A stretch of DNA of 63,685 nucleotides, counting the filler, from Octopus bimaculoides (taxonomy: Eukaryota), in NCBI RefSeq assembly GCF_001194135.2. It is 5 parts of 5 records of this genome, joined end to end, with 100 filler letters (N's around TTAATTAATTAA, not from the genome) between each part and the next. Parts side by side here need not be neighbours in the genome. Positions count along the whole stretch, not along the records: positions 32,998 to 43,156 come from NC_068994.1; positions 43,257 to 50,512 come from NC_068983.1; positions 50,613 to 63,685 come from NC_068981.1; 2 more parts are not named here. The stretch is one strand, 5' to 3'. The stretch's first letter is position 1. Each line of letters starts with the position of its first letter. Under the pieces are notes generated by a model that was not told the DNA's origin, did no database searches, and was given only the letters and a program-made list of their open reading frames with translations. Positions 37,751-51,529 of the stretch are shown here, in pieces. The translations under genes were made by a program, and so were the position numbers.

Positions 37751-38897
37751 CGGCCTGCTTATCTGGTACTTGTCCATTTATCTACCTATCTACCTAGGTC
37801 TCTCTGCGCTCGTATGCCAGTCGAATATTTTTGTGTCTATCTATATATATATACACTCATCTTTATACCTATCTTCCAATCTCTCACTACTTCTCCTTCT
37901 CTTTCTCTCTCTTTATATATTTATATGTGTGTGTATAAGATAGATAACTAGNNNNNNNNNNNNNNNNNNNNNNNNNNNNNNNNNNNNNNNNNNNNNNNNN
38001 NNNNNNNNNNNNNNNNNNNNNNNNNNNNNNNNNNNNNNNNNNNNNNNNNNNAGTGTTTATACGTGTGGGAGAGAGACACGAGTTTGCGTGGGGTTTATAC
38101 ACATACATAAGTGCGCGCGCACACGCATACGCATGCGCACAAGCACAATCCCACGTACGCATACGCACGCGCATGCACATACACATGCAAGCCAATAATA
38201 CTGTGCTATATCGGTAACATTCGAATTTAGCTTCGTAAACCAGATGCATTCATACGTGTGTAATTTATATCTTCCCAAATTTCAATTATCTGGTCGTATT
38301 GGATTTATCTCCCTTGCTTATTTTTAGATCTTAAACAATCTAAAGTGGTTTTTTCACCCTAATATTTTTACATGTGTTTGTGTGTAAGTAATGTGTGCGT
38401 ATTTCGTGAGTGTATTTATGGTTACCTATCTGTGTAAGTGATGCATGCTTGTATATGTGAGTGTGTATGTGTGTGTGGATCTATGCATATACATTACTAT
38501 ATGTGTGTGTTTTCGTGGGCATGTGTTTTTCTTTATTAACTAGCTATATATTTATGATAGTTTCTGTGGGTGTATGTATATGTGTATTAGTGTGTACGTG
38601 TATGCGATGGTGTGCATTTGTCTTCGAGCGTGCGTGTATATGTACGATTGTACTTGGCTCTGTCTGCTTGTGGTTGAGTATGTACGTTTACGGGCATTCA
38701 TGTGTAAGAACATTTATGTATGTATATACAGTTGCATGGATAACTGCACATGTGTCCATATACCAATGTGTATGTGTGCACATATGCATAAATATGAATG
38801 TTAATACGCATATGTGTCTCATTTATTCTCTCTTTCATTATACATGTGAGTATGCGAGTGAGTGTGTACATGCACAAGTGTGTTCATGTGTTAGTGC

Positions 38898-38939
<42 letters not shown>

Positions 38940-38949
38940 NNNNNNNNNN

Positions 38950-38988
<39 letters not shown>

Positions 38989-39360
38989 CTGAAATGGTGT
39001 ATACACATACACGAACATAAAGTTACGCATGAGGAGACTTGCTACTTTTCCATACTTTATAAATAATATATACACAAATATCAAGATTCTATGCGTTTAT
39101 AAATGTATAGATTATTATGCACATGGCGTTTATTCCGGGTATCCATTGAATGTGTGTGTAAGTGCATATGTTTGGAATTATATACTTATATCAAGATATA
39201 TACATGTGTATGTATATGCGTACACACACAGTCACACTCATGTAACATATGTATATACACATATATGCATATATACACACATATATATATGCATATATAT
39301 ATATATATACATTTATGTGTGCGTATGTTTGAAGGTACTTGTCATTTTGTGTGTATGTAT

Positions 39361-39435
<75 letters not shown>

Positions 39436-39636
39436 TGTGCATGTTCGTGCAGGCGTGTGCAGGTGATGGGTGTATATTTATGTGCTTCTGATTATATCAT
39501 TAAACACACTTCATAAAACAGGCGCGTACATGTTTAACAATATCTGAGCATATATACAAGCGTGTGTATAAAGTTATGGGGTAAACGTATATGTATGTGA
39601 CTGTGTGCACGCGAGCGATTATGGATGCGAACTGAT

Positions 39637-39693
<57 letters not shown>

Positions 39694-40054
39694 TATATAT
39701 ACATTTGTGTATATGTGTGTATGTATGTATATCTATATATATGAAATTAAAACACCTTATTCAGGTTTTCTCGATGTTGCGTAACACAACACCAGTTCCA
39801 ACATAACACATGTTTTACCCCGTGGTGCTAGCGTTCCAATGATTATGAACGGATACAGAAAACCGCAGAAACACACGCACGCACACACACACACACACAC
39901 GCACGCGCAGACTCATTCACACACGCACACACACAAATATACTAAACACACAGACATACACACACACACAGATACATATACACCCAAGTACATGCTCACA
40001 CACACTGGTACACAAACACCGCTATGTGTGTGTGTGTGTGTGTGTGTACAGATG

Positions 40055-40133
<79 letters not shown>

Positions 40134-40476
40134 NNNNNNNNNNNNNNNNNNNNNNNNNNNNNNNNNNNNNNNNNNNNNNNNNNNNNNNNNNNNNNNNNNN
40201 NNNNNNNNNNNNNNNNNNNNNNNNNNNNNNNNNNNNNNNNNNNNNNNNNNNNNNNNNNNNNNNNNNNNNNNNNNNNNNNNNNNNNNNNNNNNNNNNNNNN
40301 NNNNNNNNNNNNNNNNNNNNNNNNNNNNNNNNNNNNNNNNNNNNNNNNNNNNNNNNNNNNNNNNNNNNNNNNNNNNNNNNNNNNNNNNNNNNNNNNNNNN
40401 NNNNNNNNNNNNNNNNNNNNNNNNNNNNNNNNNNNNNNNNNNNNNNNNNNNNNNNNNNNNNNNNNNNNNNNNNNNN

Positions 40477-40528
<52 letters not shown>

Positions 40529-41010
40529 ATGTACGCGCGCTCGTGTTATCGTGTACGTGTGTACTGAAAGACGTAAACCGAAAACAAATGAAAGCCCAAA
40601 ATGGCCGACCAATACTTGATGTAAAATTACAAAATACAAGATACGCAAGATATAATACATAAAAACAAATATAAAGCAGAAAATACAAATAAAAACGAGA
40701 AAGAAAAACACAAAAATCATTGCACACACACACACACACACAAAATTAAAAAAGTACAGCAATAACAACCATAATCCCATTATGATAGGGTTTCCATCTC
40801 TCGTCGTTTACTCTCTTATAAATATCACACCAACATTTTCTGGCTTTTGTGCTTCTCCTGTTGCTTGTCTTCTATAAATCATCTTTTCTATTCTGTTCTA
40901 GCGTTTCCTTTTTATATTTTCCTTTCATTCAGTCTTCTCTTTTCGATCTTATTTTCTTTTTCTTTTTCTGGTGGTTGTGTGTGTGTGTGTGTGTGTTTTT
41001 CTTCTTTTTN
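34840..41010. repeat. Block dominated by (TA)n, (TG/CA)n, (ATAC)n and (ATAG)n microsatellites and gaps
   Basis: Directly visible. Similar tracts occur throughout the window (for example 1-240, 11225-11360, 42108-42245, 44460-44595). Confidence 0.95.
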
Positions 41011-41939
41011 NNNNNNNNNNNNNNNNNNNNNNNNNNNNNNNNNNNNNNNNNNNNNNNNNNNNNNNNNNNNNNNNNNNNNNNNNNNNNNNNNNNNNNNNNN
41101 NNNNNNNNNNNNNNNNNNNNNNNNNNNNNNNNNNNNNNNNNNNNNNNNNNNNNNNNNNNNNNNNNNNNNNNNNNNNNNNNNNNNNNNNNNNNNNNNNNNN
41201 NNNNNNNNNNNNNNNNNNNNNNNNNNNNNNNNNNNNNNNNNNNNNNNNNNNNNNNNNNNNNNNNNNNNNNNNNNNNNNNNNNNNNNNNNNNNNNNNNNNN
41301 NNNNNNNNNNNNNNNNNNNNNNNNNNNNNNNNNNNNNNNNNNNNNNNNNNNNNNNNNNNNNNNNNNNNNNNNNNNNNNNNNNNNNNNNNNNNNNNNNNNN
41401 NNNNNNNNNNNNNNNNNNNNNNNNNNNNNNNNNNNNNNNNNNNNNNNNNNNNNNNNNNNNNNNNNNNNNNNNNNNNNNNNNNNNNNNNNNNNNNNNNNNN
41501 NNNNNNNNNNNNNNNNNNNNNNNNNNNNNNNNNNNNNNNNNNNNNNNNNNNNNNNNNNNNNNNNNNNNNNNNNNNNNNNNNNNNNNNNNNNNNNNNNNNN
41601 NNNNNNNNNNNNNNNNNNNNNNNNNNNNNNNNNNNNNNNNNNNNNNNNNNNNNNNNNNNNNNNNNNNNNNNNNNNNNNNNNNNNNNNNNNNNNNNNNNNN
41701 NNNNNNNNNNNNNNNNNNNNNNNNNNNNNNNNNNNNNNNNNNNNNNNNNNNNNNNNNNNNNNNNNNNNNNNNNNNNNNNNNNNNNNNNNNNNNNNNNNNN
41801 NNNNNNNNNNNNNNNNNNNNNNNNNNNNNNNNNNNNNNNNNNNNNNNNNNNNNNNNNNNNNNNNNNNNNNNNNNNNNNNNNNNNNNNNNNNNNNNNNNNN
41901 NNNNNNNNNNNNNNNNNNNNNNNNNNNNNNNNNNNNTAC

Positions 41940-42105
41940 ATATATATATAGCCACTACGCATTCTTTATTTTCTCTCCTTGTTTCTTTCTGTGTTCCTTT
42001 CTCTGGAAGAGCGTAGGCTCGAAACGTTAAAGACTTTTTCACTTCCCGAGCGTTAAACTAATACATCTGTTTGTTGTCTAAACCACCTGTCTTCGTCATT
42101 TGTTT
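41940..42105 (+). repeat. Repeat family carrying a hammerhead-like motif (copy 3)
   Basis: Homologous to 6570-6740. Confidence 0.75.
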
Positions 42106-42108
42106 TAT

Positions 42109-42188
<80 letters not shown>

Positions 42189-42189
42189 G

Positions 42190-42246
<57 letters not shown>

Positions 42247-42531
42247 GCCATGCCATTTATTCCATTCTTTCGTTTCATGATTATCCTTTCAGTATTTCAT
42301 TCTTCGCTTCCATGTCCGCCATCTTTCAGTCTTTTCGTATTATTTTGTAATATTTCCAATGTTTTTGTTTGTATTATATTTTGTTTTTCTTTTGTTACAT
42401 TATTTGGAGAAGGATCTGTTGTGGTGCTGTTTTTTACTTCCGGCTTTTTAAAATTTTTTACTTTATTTCAAATATTCTATAGTTCAAATAACTTTGTTAT
42501 ATTTTCTATAATTTTATTCTAAATTTGTCCT

Positions 42532-42572
<41 letters not shown>

Positions 42573-42717
42573 CCTTCTCTCTTTTTCTCTCTCGTTCTCT
42601 CTCTATCTGGGTCATAATTTGGCTGATACAGTTTCTCTATTTGGCTTGTTACTCTTGATTTTCCCCGACTCTTTTCCGTTTCCTCAGGCAAGAAAAGACT
42701 AGATCATGTATTCTCTT

Positions 42718-42765
42718 CCTGTACGATGAGCCGACGGAGTATCGACGAAACTCTAGAGTAATAGG
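42718..42765 (+). ncRNA. Type I hammerhead-like motif with two core substitutions
   Basis: CCUGU-ACGAUGA-GCCGA-CGGAGUA-UCGAC-GAAA-CUC-UA-GAG-UA-AUAGG: all three stems can form and ACUCUAGAGU is a perfect palindrome, but the core reads AC instead of CU. Confidence 0.45.
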
Positions 42766-43021
42766 CCAGTGAATGCCCTTTACTATGAAGTACTTTCACA
42801 CCCTTTCGTTGAAACATTATTTACATTATTTACATTAAAATAATAGACAGAGAACACCACTGGAAAATACGAAAACTAAAAGAAGCAGCACATATGCTAG
42901 GACACAACAACCTCCTAAGCAGACCGAGTGCAGATATGAATAGCATATGGGAACCGGTATTACGGAAGGATAGGAGAATATTAGATTTATAAGCCCTAAA
43001 AATTCACTCCATACTTGCCCA

Positions 43022-43156
43022 CGGGCATATGGTGTAGTGGTTACGGGCGCTTGCTACTAACCCCAAGATTCCGAGTTTGATTCCAAACAGTGATAATAAC
43101 ATCGAAAAATACCTTAGGAATGAGAACCCAGGTTCGAAATTTCCCCAAGACACCTG
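43022..43156 (+). mobile_element. tRNA-derived SINE head with Pol III A and B boxes, cut by a scaffold join
   Basis: A box tggtgtagtgg and B box gtttgattcc. No full cloverleaf or acceptor stem. Confidence 0.7.
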
Positions 43157-43256
43157 NNNNNNNNNNNNNNNNNNNNNNNNNNNNNNNNNNNNNNNNNNNN
43201 TTAATTAATTAANNNNNNNNNNNNNNNNNNNNNNNNNNNNNNNNNNNNNNNNNNNN

Positions 43257-43303
<47 letters not shown>

Positions 43304-44526
43304 TTGCTATTATGCAAAAGTGTCGTAAGTCTAAAACGTTGCTTTTTCAGAAAACGAAAACATCGTTGTACTACACTTGGTCAATTTTTTAAAAAATATT
43401 TTGGCATCTGAAGCAGCTGGAGATACGATAGTTTGACCAAAAGAACCGGTTATTGCAAGCAAAAATAAATTTTGAAAAATAAAAAAACACATTTTGTCAA
43501 ACTTGGACATATGACAGTTTAACAAAATAGCAGCAGCGATCTATATATATGCGTGTCTATGTAAATGCATGTGTGTTTGTGTGTGTGCGTTTGTGAGTGT
43601 ATGTTTGTGAGTGAGTTAGTGTGTGTGTACGTGTGTGTGTGTATGTGTGTGTGTCTATTTCGTAGCCAAGACATGTACGAATCAGCATTTTAGGAGTTTC
43701 AACAAAACGGCTGACTTCATTATTAAATTCATGTATTCTTCATGTAAAATCAGTAAATTCTTTCAGGCACAAAATTTACCAATTTTTTCATTGCATGGCA
43801 ATAATAAATATGATTGACTCAGCAAAAGATGAACTTAAGTGACCAGGCTGCTAATTTATTATTAATTCTGAAAAATAATTTCTCTTCCAGTTATGATCTC
43901 TACCGGTTTTTGACCGATTCTAACAATGCTCTCTCTCTCTCTCTCTCTCCACACACACACTGACAATCACACACACCTACATATATACACATAAGTTTAA
44001 ACTAGCTATTTTAATCACTTGTTAAACGTCTATCTATCTGTCCGTCCGTCCGTCCGTCTGTTTCTGCCTGTTTAAAATCTTTTAAGAGGATTGTCTCAGA
44101 CTAAATAGTACAAATAGTGCTGCTCTACACTATATCTAATATCGATTTAACTTAAACCTTGTCAGCTTCCGCACAAATTAGCAAATGTTTAGTTGCTGAT
44201 TTCTACACATAAGTGAAAGGTCTGATCTGGCTCAAAATGAATGGGCGTGTGTATCACTGAGGAGGCGAAATTAAGCCCAAACACTGATGTCTGACGTCCT
44301 GTTCATGACATTCTGAGTAAGCGCTGTATTTTAAATACACTAGGTTTCGTAAGAGAAGTTTATCTAAAAGAAAATCTTACAGCTAGTATCTTTCTCCGTT
44401 TGTATATACAATCTAAATGACATACACATAGTTATTTTAGTCGAATGCTGTTTTACGTGCATCTGTCTGTTTGTCTACCTACCTACCTACCTACCTACCT
44501 ACCTACCTGCCTGCCTGCCTGCCTGC

Positions 44527-44593
<67 letters not shown>

Positions 44594-45131
44594 ACAGTCT
44601 GTTTGTCTGTCTATTAATGTTTGTTATTATGCATAGATAAAAAGCTGCTAGACATGAATTGAAAGATCACCCAATGAAATTAAGCAGAATATCACATTTT
44701 ATATTGCATGGAAAATGTTCGCATTTTATTTTATAATGAAAAAGTGATTTCGAAGTTTCAGTAGTCATTGACATCCTTAGATTGAAAAACTTTTGATATT
44801 TAGAATATTTTGCAGATTTTTGTTTCATTTGGGTGGCGGGTAGTTTACTTGTTATAATGTAGGTGTGGTTTAATAACGTTTTTTTTTTGACGTATAAAAG
44901 CAACGTTAATGGATTGTTTGATTGGGTGAACAGAAATAAGAAACTGTAATTAATATTTATTATTATGTTAATATATTAAATAATTAAAACTAAGATTTTT
45001 TAAACCGAGGAGTTACACGAGATGAGAATGTAAAGGGAAAGAAGTAGACTATAGAGAGAAATGAAGGGGAGAAGCAAAAAGTTTGTTGGGTGCCTGAGAA
45101 AGGACGAAGAATACAGACTAATTTTTCTGTT

Positions 45132-45187
<56 letters not shown>

Positions 45188-45677
45188 AAATATACTTGTA
45201 TGAAAATGCATATAAACACCCATCACATATATCAAACGCGTAAATGCACATCTATGAAAATTTATGCAAACATACGATGTACATATGTTATCAGCAGATC
45301 TTCCTGCAAGAATAAACCATGCAATGCATGTTTTAAGTATACAAGTGACTTAAAATAACTTATCTGATTTTATAATATTTCTTTCATTTTAATGAGGAGT
45401 TGAAAGAGAGCACATATACACTATATAAATGATGTGGCTTCTAGTTCAATCAGGTTTTACGTAAGAGAATTTACCCCTGATACACATTCCCATACTCGTA
45501 TACATTGATACAAACACGACCCACACGTGTGCATTATTTAAATCAAGCTATAAAGATAAAACACTGCAGTTTCATTTTGTGAATTAACAAAATCGCCAGA
45601 TGAGATAGAGATTTGGATAATATGAATTTGATAATCCACTATAGAAACCTGCAGAAAATATATCAATACAAACATGT

Positions 45678-45850
45678 GGAGGCGCATGGCTTAGTGGCTA
45701 AGGTGCTGCACTCATGAGCGTAACATTGTGGTTTCGACGTCTGGACAGGCGATGCGTTGTGTTCTTGAACAAAACACTTCATTTCACGCTGCTACAGTCC
45801 ACACAGCGGATAAAAATGAGTAATTCTACAACATACTGGCGTCCCGTCCA
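45678..45850 (+). mobile_element. tRNA-derived SINE (family D)
   Basis: ggcgcatggcttagtggctaagg...gtggtttcgacgtc...ttgtgttcttgaacaaaacactt...cagtccacacagcgg..aaaatgagta: tRNA-like head plus a central SINE domain. Confidence 0.7.
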
Positions 45851-45979
45851 AGAAAGAATTAATATATACACCAGAGAAACCTGAGTAATGTGAATTAACT
45901 AAGATAGAACGTGCAGGACTGTAAAACTATTTGAGATATCCTTCTTTAGTCAAAAGCCGTTCATATCGACACTATCAAT

Positions 45980-46260
45980 GAAACCCCAATGTTTTCGAAA
46001 AAAAATCACTAAAGTAATTTCGTGTTGCTACTTCTAGTTCAATTTGGAGGAAAAGTGTATCTCAGTACCCGGAGTTAACAAAATATTTTACACCTGATTT
46101 AACTTAGCAACTGACAATCGAATATTTTGACCATGTTTAGAGTGGATGTTTGATACCCTTTTAGTTAAGTCACTGTTGAGATAGCAAATGGATTGCAATT
46201 TCTGATATCTCAAATAGAACACCACTTCACTCAATGTACTTTGTTGAACAGATATAAACA
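45980..46260 (+). mobile_element. Possible old hAT (Charlie-like) transposase fragment
   Basis: Only weak peptide resemblance (KYFTPDL...EW..DPF-like region), highly decayed. Confidence 0.2.
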
Positions 46261-48039
46261 AATAAATGAAATTTACCTAAAATTTAACTGAAACTTTTCA
46301 ACACAAATAGCTGGCAAGATTCATTAAACCCAGACTCAAAAACCAGATGTACTAGGCAGGGATTTCATATGAAGATGATAAGAGAAAAGTAAATTCAGTA
46401 AATAAATTATTAGATCGGTTTAACGAATACGGAGAAAATGCACAATAAAAGGAAATAATTAGAATGAGGGGACATAACCATGAATATTATATAGCTGATC
46501 AAGCCAAAAAGACGTGGAGTGAGTATAGAGGGCTTTGTACACAGATCCATCGGAATTGGTTGCCCAAAAATATAAAAAAAGAGGGAAGTAAAGGACCACA
46601 ATACAAAACAAATGATAGAACATCTGAAAAAAAAAGCAAAAAACACACGAGATGATTACTTCATTTAAAGAGCCCATGCATAGAACAAATCCTTAACCTA
46701 CAATGAATGCAATATTAATAAGTAAAATCGATAAGGCATTGAAAGGAAAACAATACCAACTACAGCAAAGCAACTAAAAAGCGAGGAAACCAATATTAGA
46801 TATATTGGTTGTCAGAAGGCAACGAAGGTGTATGCACAAATGTAATATTGAGCTTCCGAGCAGAGGAAGAAGCTGGATATTATTTTGTTAAACTAGAGAA
46901 AAGGGGCCACGACAGCAAATTTCCTATGGAATATCTGGGAGTATTCAAATTGATACCAATGATTGTAGGATTCCTAAAAGCTCCTATATCTGAATAGAAG
47001 ATTGAGGTGGTGCTTACCCTCAAACAAACTCCTATAACTAGATCAGCATTTGCTTAAAGTGGAATACTTTAATAGCACTAATTTTCCTTTTTGTTATCTA
47101 TTTTCTACTGCTTCCACCGAACTTAAGGAAAAGTGCCTGTAGCTCATAAAAAAAAACTACCTGATACACAAGAACAATATCAAACTTACCTGTACACCAG
47201 AGACTTTAAAAATTCTTCAGATTTACTACTAGTACAGAGTTTGATATCGTGAAGTGTAGACTTACCAAGTCTGAAATAAAGCAACAAACTAGAAATAGAA
47301 TCACAATCTGACGAAGAATATTCTTATCGCTGTACCATTGATGTGGACCATATACAGCATTCTACTACGGAAGAAAATAAAGCATGGAAGGAGTATTTTA
47401 GAGGTCGGAGGATTATTCTAAAAAGTGAACTTTAGAATGAAAACAAAACAGGTAGTGTAAATATTTGCTCAGCCACTTTGATATCAAGAAGAAACGTAAA
47501 AAGAAATTAGGAACTGAAGTTTAAATGAAAATATCTTTTAAAAATCAAAGAATACGTCATTGAAAAGACATGTACACTGCAGCTAAGTACCCAAGAGAAA
47601 AGAAGAGCTTCTTCAAACAATTTCCTAGTAGTCATTTGCAATTGTATCGCTGTTAAAGAAAACAAAATACTCTTGAAATGATATACACATACCAGCCTTC
47701 ACACAAACCAATCGGCGAACTAATCGGGCTATCCATGCAATTTCTAGGAAATTTTAAAAAGTGTACGAGCGGAAAATATTTGAAAAGGAGCAAAAGATAC
47801 CAGATAGAAAATAGAAGCGACGCACGGACCGTCAAAACAACGGTAACTGATGCCGACTGTGCCATCATAAGGATAAATGGCTAAAATAACCAAACGAGAA
47901 GAAAACCAAAAAAAAAAAAAAAAAACAGATGGAAAATATTACATTATGTACCTGAAGATGCATTAATTTGGTGATATGAAATATACCACGGACAAACAAA
48001 GCTGTGTGTCACATATATAGCTAAAAGGAAAAAAAGCAG

Positions 48040-48700
48040 ACGATCTTTATCTTCATAGACATGGCACTGTCTCTTCAATGTTGAGCGGTGTCTAACCAGT
48101 GCCACAACTCTTCTTAGACAACTGTCCAAACAGCAATGAATACCTTTGTTAATACCACAATCCTAAAGTTCTTCCGTCATCCAAAAGAATCTCCTCCAAC
48201 TTCGTAGAATCTTCTCTTCCCCCACTTCTCAATAATGATAATTCTGTGAGCAATATTTCAGCGAAGAAAATATTCACTTTCATTCACCGTATTGTATCAA
48301 ACACCATACCGCATGCACTTGGCACATTACCACATTTACCCCACTTCTACCCGGCATGCTTACTGCCTTACAGTCACACCCTCTAACTGTGAATGAATTT
48401 TTGTCATTTAAAACCATCCAGGCCACCAACCTGACAGTGCTACTCCCATTAACTCCACACATTGCATCAATGACTTAACTGCTCAACTAACTCTTCAATT
48501 TCTCCCTCTGTACAGGGTTAATATTCTGATCTTTGGAAACACACTAAAATGTGTCACATTTCCAAGAAGAAAATCTACTCTAACCCTTCCAGCTATCATC
48601 CTCTCGAACTCACTTCCAGTATCTCAAATGCAATAGAGAGTTATTAACAATGACGTCTTTCAATACTTTGAATTTATATCCCACCGCGTCTTAACAACCG
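48040..48700 (+). mobile_element. Old L2/CR1/Jockey-type LINE fossil (region preceding the RT domain)
   Basis: 48550-48660 reads, across frameshifts, approximately P.K...SNPSSYHPLELTSSISNAIES, a decayed form of the PxNYRPISLTSxxSKxxE RT motif. Confidence 0.5.
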
Positions 48701-48822
48701 CCATCATTCTCGTGTTCACACACAGCGTACCTAGTATTGTGTATTAACTGACACGAAATATTGACTAAGACCTACAAGAATAATGAGCCCACTAAAATAT
48801 AATTAAATATTTGAATATAGGC

Positions 48823-48892
<70 letters not shown>

Positions 48893-48968
48893 NNNNNNNN
48901 NNNNNNNNNNNNNNNNNNNNNNNNNNNNNNNNNNNNNNNNNNNNNNNNNNNNNNNNNNNNATATAGGC

Positions 48969-49042
<74 letters not shown>

Positions 49043-49247
49043 GAGAGAGAGTGTGTGTGTGTGTTACGTATGTTGTATCGAAAACATTTTCTGGTTATAT
49101 CTTTTTATTGAGGTTCTTTTCATATTTTTCTATAAGGCGTTTGAAGATGCGAGCCCACCATGCCATCACTACATGGAACAAGCGTAACACTGTATTCTAT
49201 AATGCAAATGAAATTTTTATAGCAAAACATTAGTGGACGAAATATCT

Positions 49248-49314
<67 letters not shown>

Positions 49315-49317
49315 GTA

Positions 49318-49359
<42 letters not shown>

Positions 49360-49745
49360 GATTCACCACACAATAAGAAGAATCATTACTCACAACACAG
49401 GAGAGTACTAAAATACATATGCAGACAACGTATATACGTTGCAAACAGAACAGGCATGAATGTGACTGATGATTTGTAACTCTAATGTTTAAATTTCAAA
49501 TTTCGGTGATAAAGTTCACACCCACCAGTAACAAATTACAACATGAAAATGAGACTGTGAAAGTGTAGAACCGTTGATGATGGATTTATGAACATTACTG
49601 TTCATAAACTGTTCCAAATAAACTGCAAAGTGTTCATACTAGAATATGATAAAGCTTAAAAAGGATAAAATTAGAACATAGTTATATATAAACACATCAT
49701 ATTAAATATTAAATCTGTTTCCACATACATACATACATACATACA

Positions 49746-49780
<35 letters not shown>

Positions 49781-49850
49781 CATCAGTAGTTCATAAATCA
49801 GAAAAAGAAGTACACTCTAAAGCATTAGAGCAATAATATATATTTTTTAG

Positions 49851-50503
49851 GAAGTTAAAAGTTATAGCCGGTCAAAGAATGACCATTGTTTTTGCATCTA
49901 GAAAACGCTTAGCAATACAGGCAACTCGTCAGATTCAAATGGCTGAAGGCGCATAACCTCTCTATAGTTGGAGGAAGAAATACGTAAAGGCGCAATATCA
50001 TCACCATGACCAGCCACGTATGGCGCTTAAAAGAGGAAGGAACCCCACGCATAATTAGATGGAAGTTTCTTGAATAACGGGGGATTTATATAAACGGGAG
50101 CAAACGATGTAAGCTTTGCTTGGCAGAGAGAGCAAGAATCCTAAATATCTCGCTCAATCACGGGACCTTTTTAAACTCCAGGAAAAAGTATTCAGTCAAT
50201 GCCCACATCTAAAACGTTTCCTACTTCTGACTTTGAATTATCAATTCGTTGAATCGGCTTTCCACAGCTCCTTCGACTATCACACTGCTGGAGCCGATGA
50301 AAAGGAGATAACCTCGTCCCACCCGCAGCAAGGAGAATTATTTTTCGTTTACAAAACGAACTGAACGTTACGTATTTCTCTCTCCAGTTGTAGAGAGGTT
50401 ATGCGCCTTTAGCCATTTGAGTCTGGTCAGCCACCTATACTTTTAAGCACTTTATAGGCGCGAAAGCAATGGTTACTCTATAACCGGTCATAACTTTTAG
50501 CTT
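49851..50503. mobile_element. Non-autonomous element of about 650 bp with about 135-bp imperfect TIRs
   Basis: Left aagttaaaagttatagccgg...aaatggctgaaggcgcataacctctctatagttggagg..aaatacgtaa is mirrored by right ttacgtattt..ctccagttgtagagaggttatgcgcctttagccattt...ccggtcataacttttagctt. Confidence 0.75.
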
Positions 50504-50902
50504 TTTAAAAGANNNNNNNNNNNNNNNNNNNNNNNNNNNNNNNNNNNNNNNNNNNNTTAATTAATTAANNNNNNNNNNNNNNNNNNNNNNNNNNNNNNNN
50601 NNNNNNNNNNNNCTATTAAGCTCTATCCTTTAAAAAATTTTCTTTTTCACTGTCTTGCCCTCTTTCTTTTCGCCCACACTTTTCTCTCGTGTGCGTCATT
50701 ATTTATACGTGACACAGCAGCGTTGCGATGGCTGCCATTTTGGACATCATGCAATACAGTTATATATTAACAAAAATTCTCGCAAATAACATCCCAATGC
50801 GATCAGTCAATTGCACACATAGATTTGACTTGTTACCAGACAAATAGTTAGAATACGTGTTATTTTCTCATATTTCTTTCCTCTATAATCAAATCACTTA
50901 TA

Positions 50903-51270
50903 CGAGGTGGTATTAAAAAGTTTCCGGATTAGTTATGTAACGCCCAAACTGATGGCGGTGCACGGTTGCGTGTGCAGTGAGAGCTAGCAGTGACGTTCAT
51001 GAGGCAATGTGCCGAGTGACATCGCTGTTTTTACTTGGCAAGCTGTGAAGTTTGTGTGTGTTGTGATCACGTGTATGTTGTAGTCTGCGATTTTGTTGTG
51101 AACAGGAAGAAAGAGTCAACGTGAAATTTTGCGTTAAACTTGGGAAATCTGCTACGGAGACATTGAGCATGATTCAGCAAGCTTACGGTGACGAGGCAAT
51201 GGGTCGCACGCAATGTGTCGAGTGGTACGGCCGCTTCAGAAGCGGAATAACGTCCCTGGAAGACCTCCCA
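50903..51270 (+). mobile_element. Mariner 5' remnant (TIR plus HTH start)
   Basis: TA + cgaggtggtattaaaaagtttccgga and the peptide KFCVKLGKSATETLSMIQQAYGDEAMGRTQCVEWYGRFRSGITSLED. Confidence 0.85.
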
Positions 51271-51480
51271 CGGGCGTCACCCCCGAGAATGTGCTATTGT
51301 GCATCGAGATCCCGTTCCCCAGAGCCAGACCTTCAATCGTATATACATACATACATATATACATTCATATATAAAATTAATCAAAGGACCTATTAAGTAT
51401 GTCTGCCTGCTGGAAATAACAGTCAAAACTCTTATTTAAATCGCCAAAATACAAATTATTTTTTCCGTGAATTATTTGCT

Positions 51481-51529
<49 letters not shown>

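Noticed and set aside
43022-43095. Possible tRNA gene
   Set aside because: It has A and B boxes but no complete cloverleaf or acceptor stem, and it continues into repeat sequence, so it is a SINE head.
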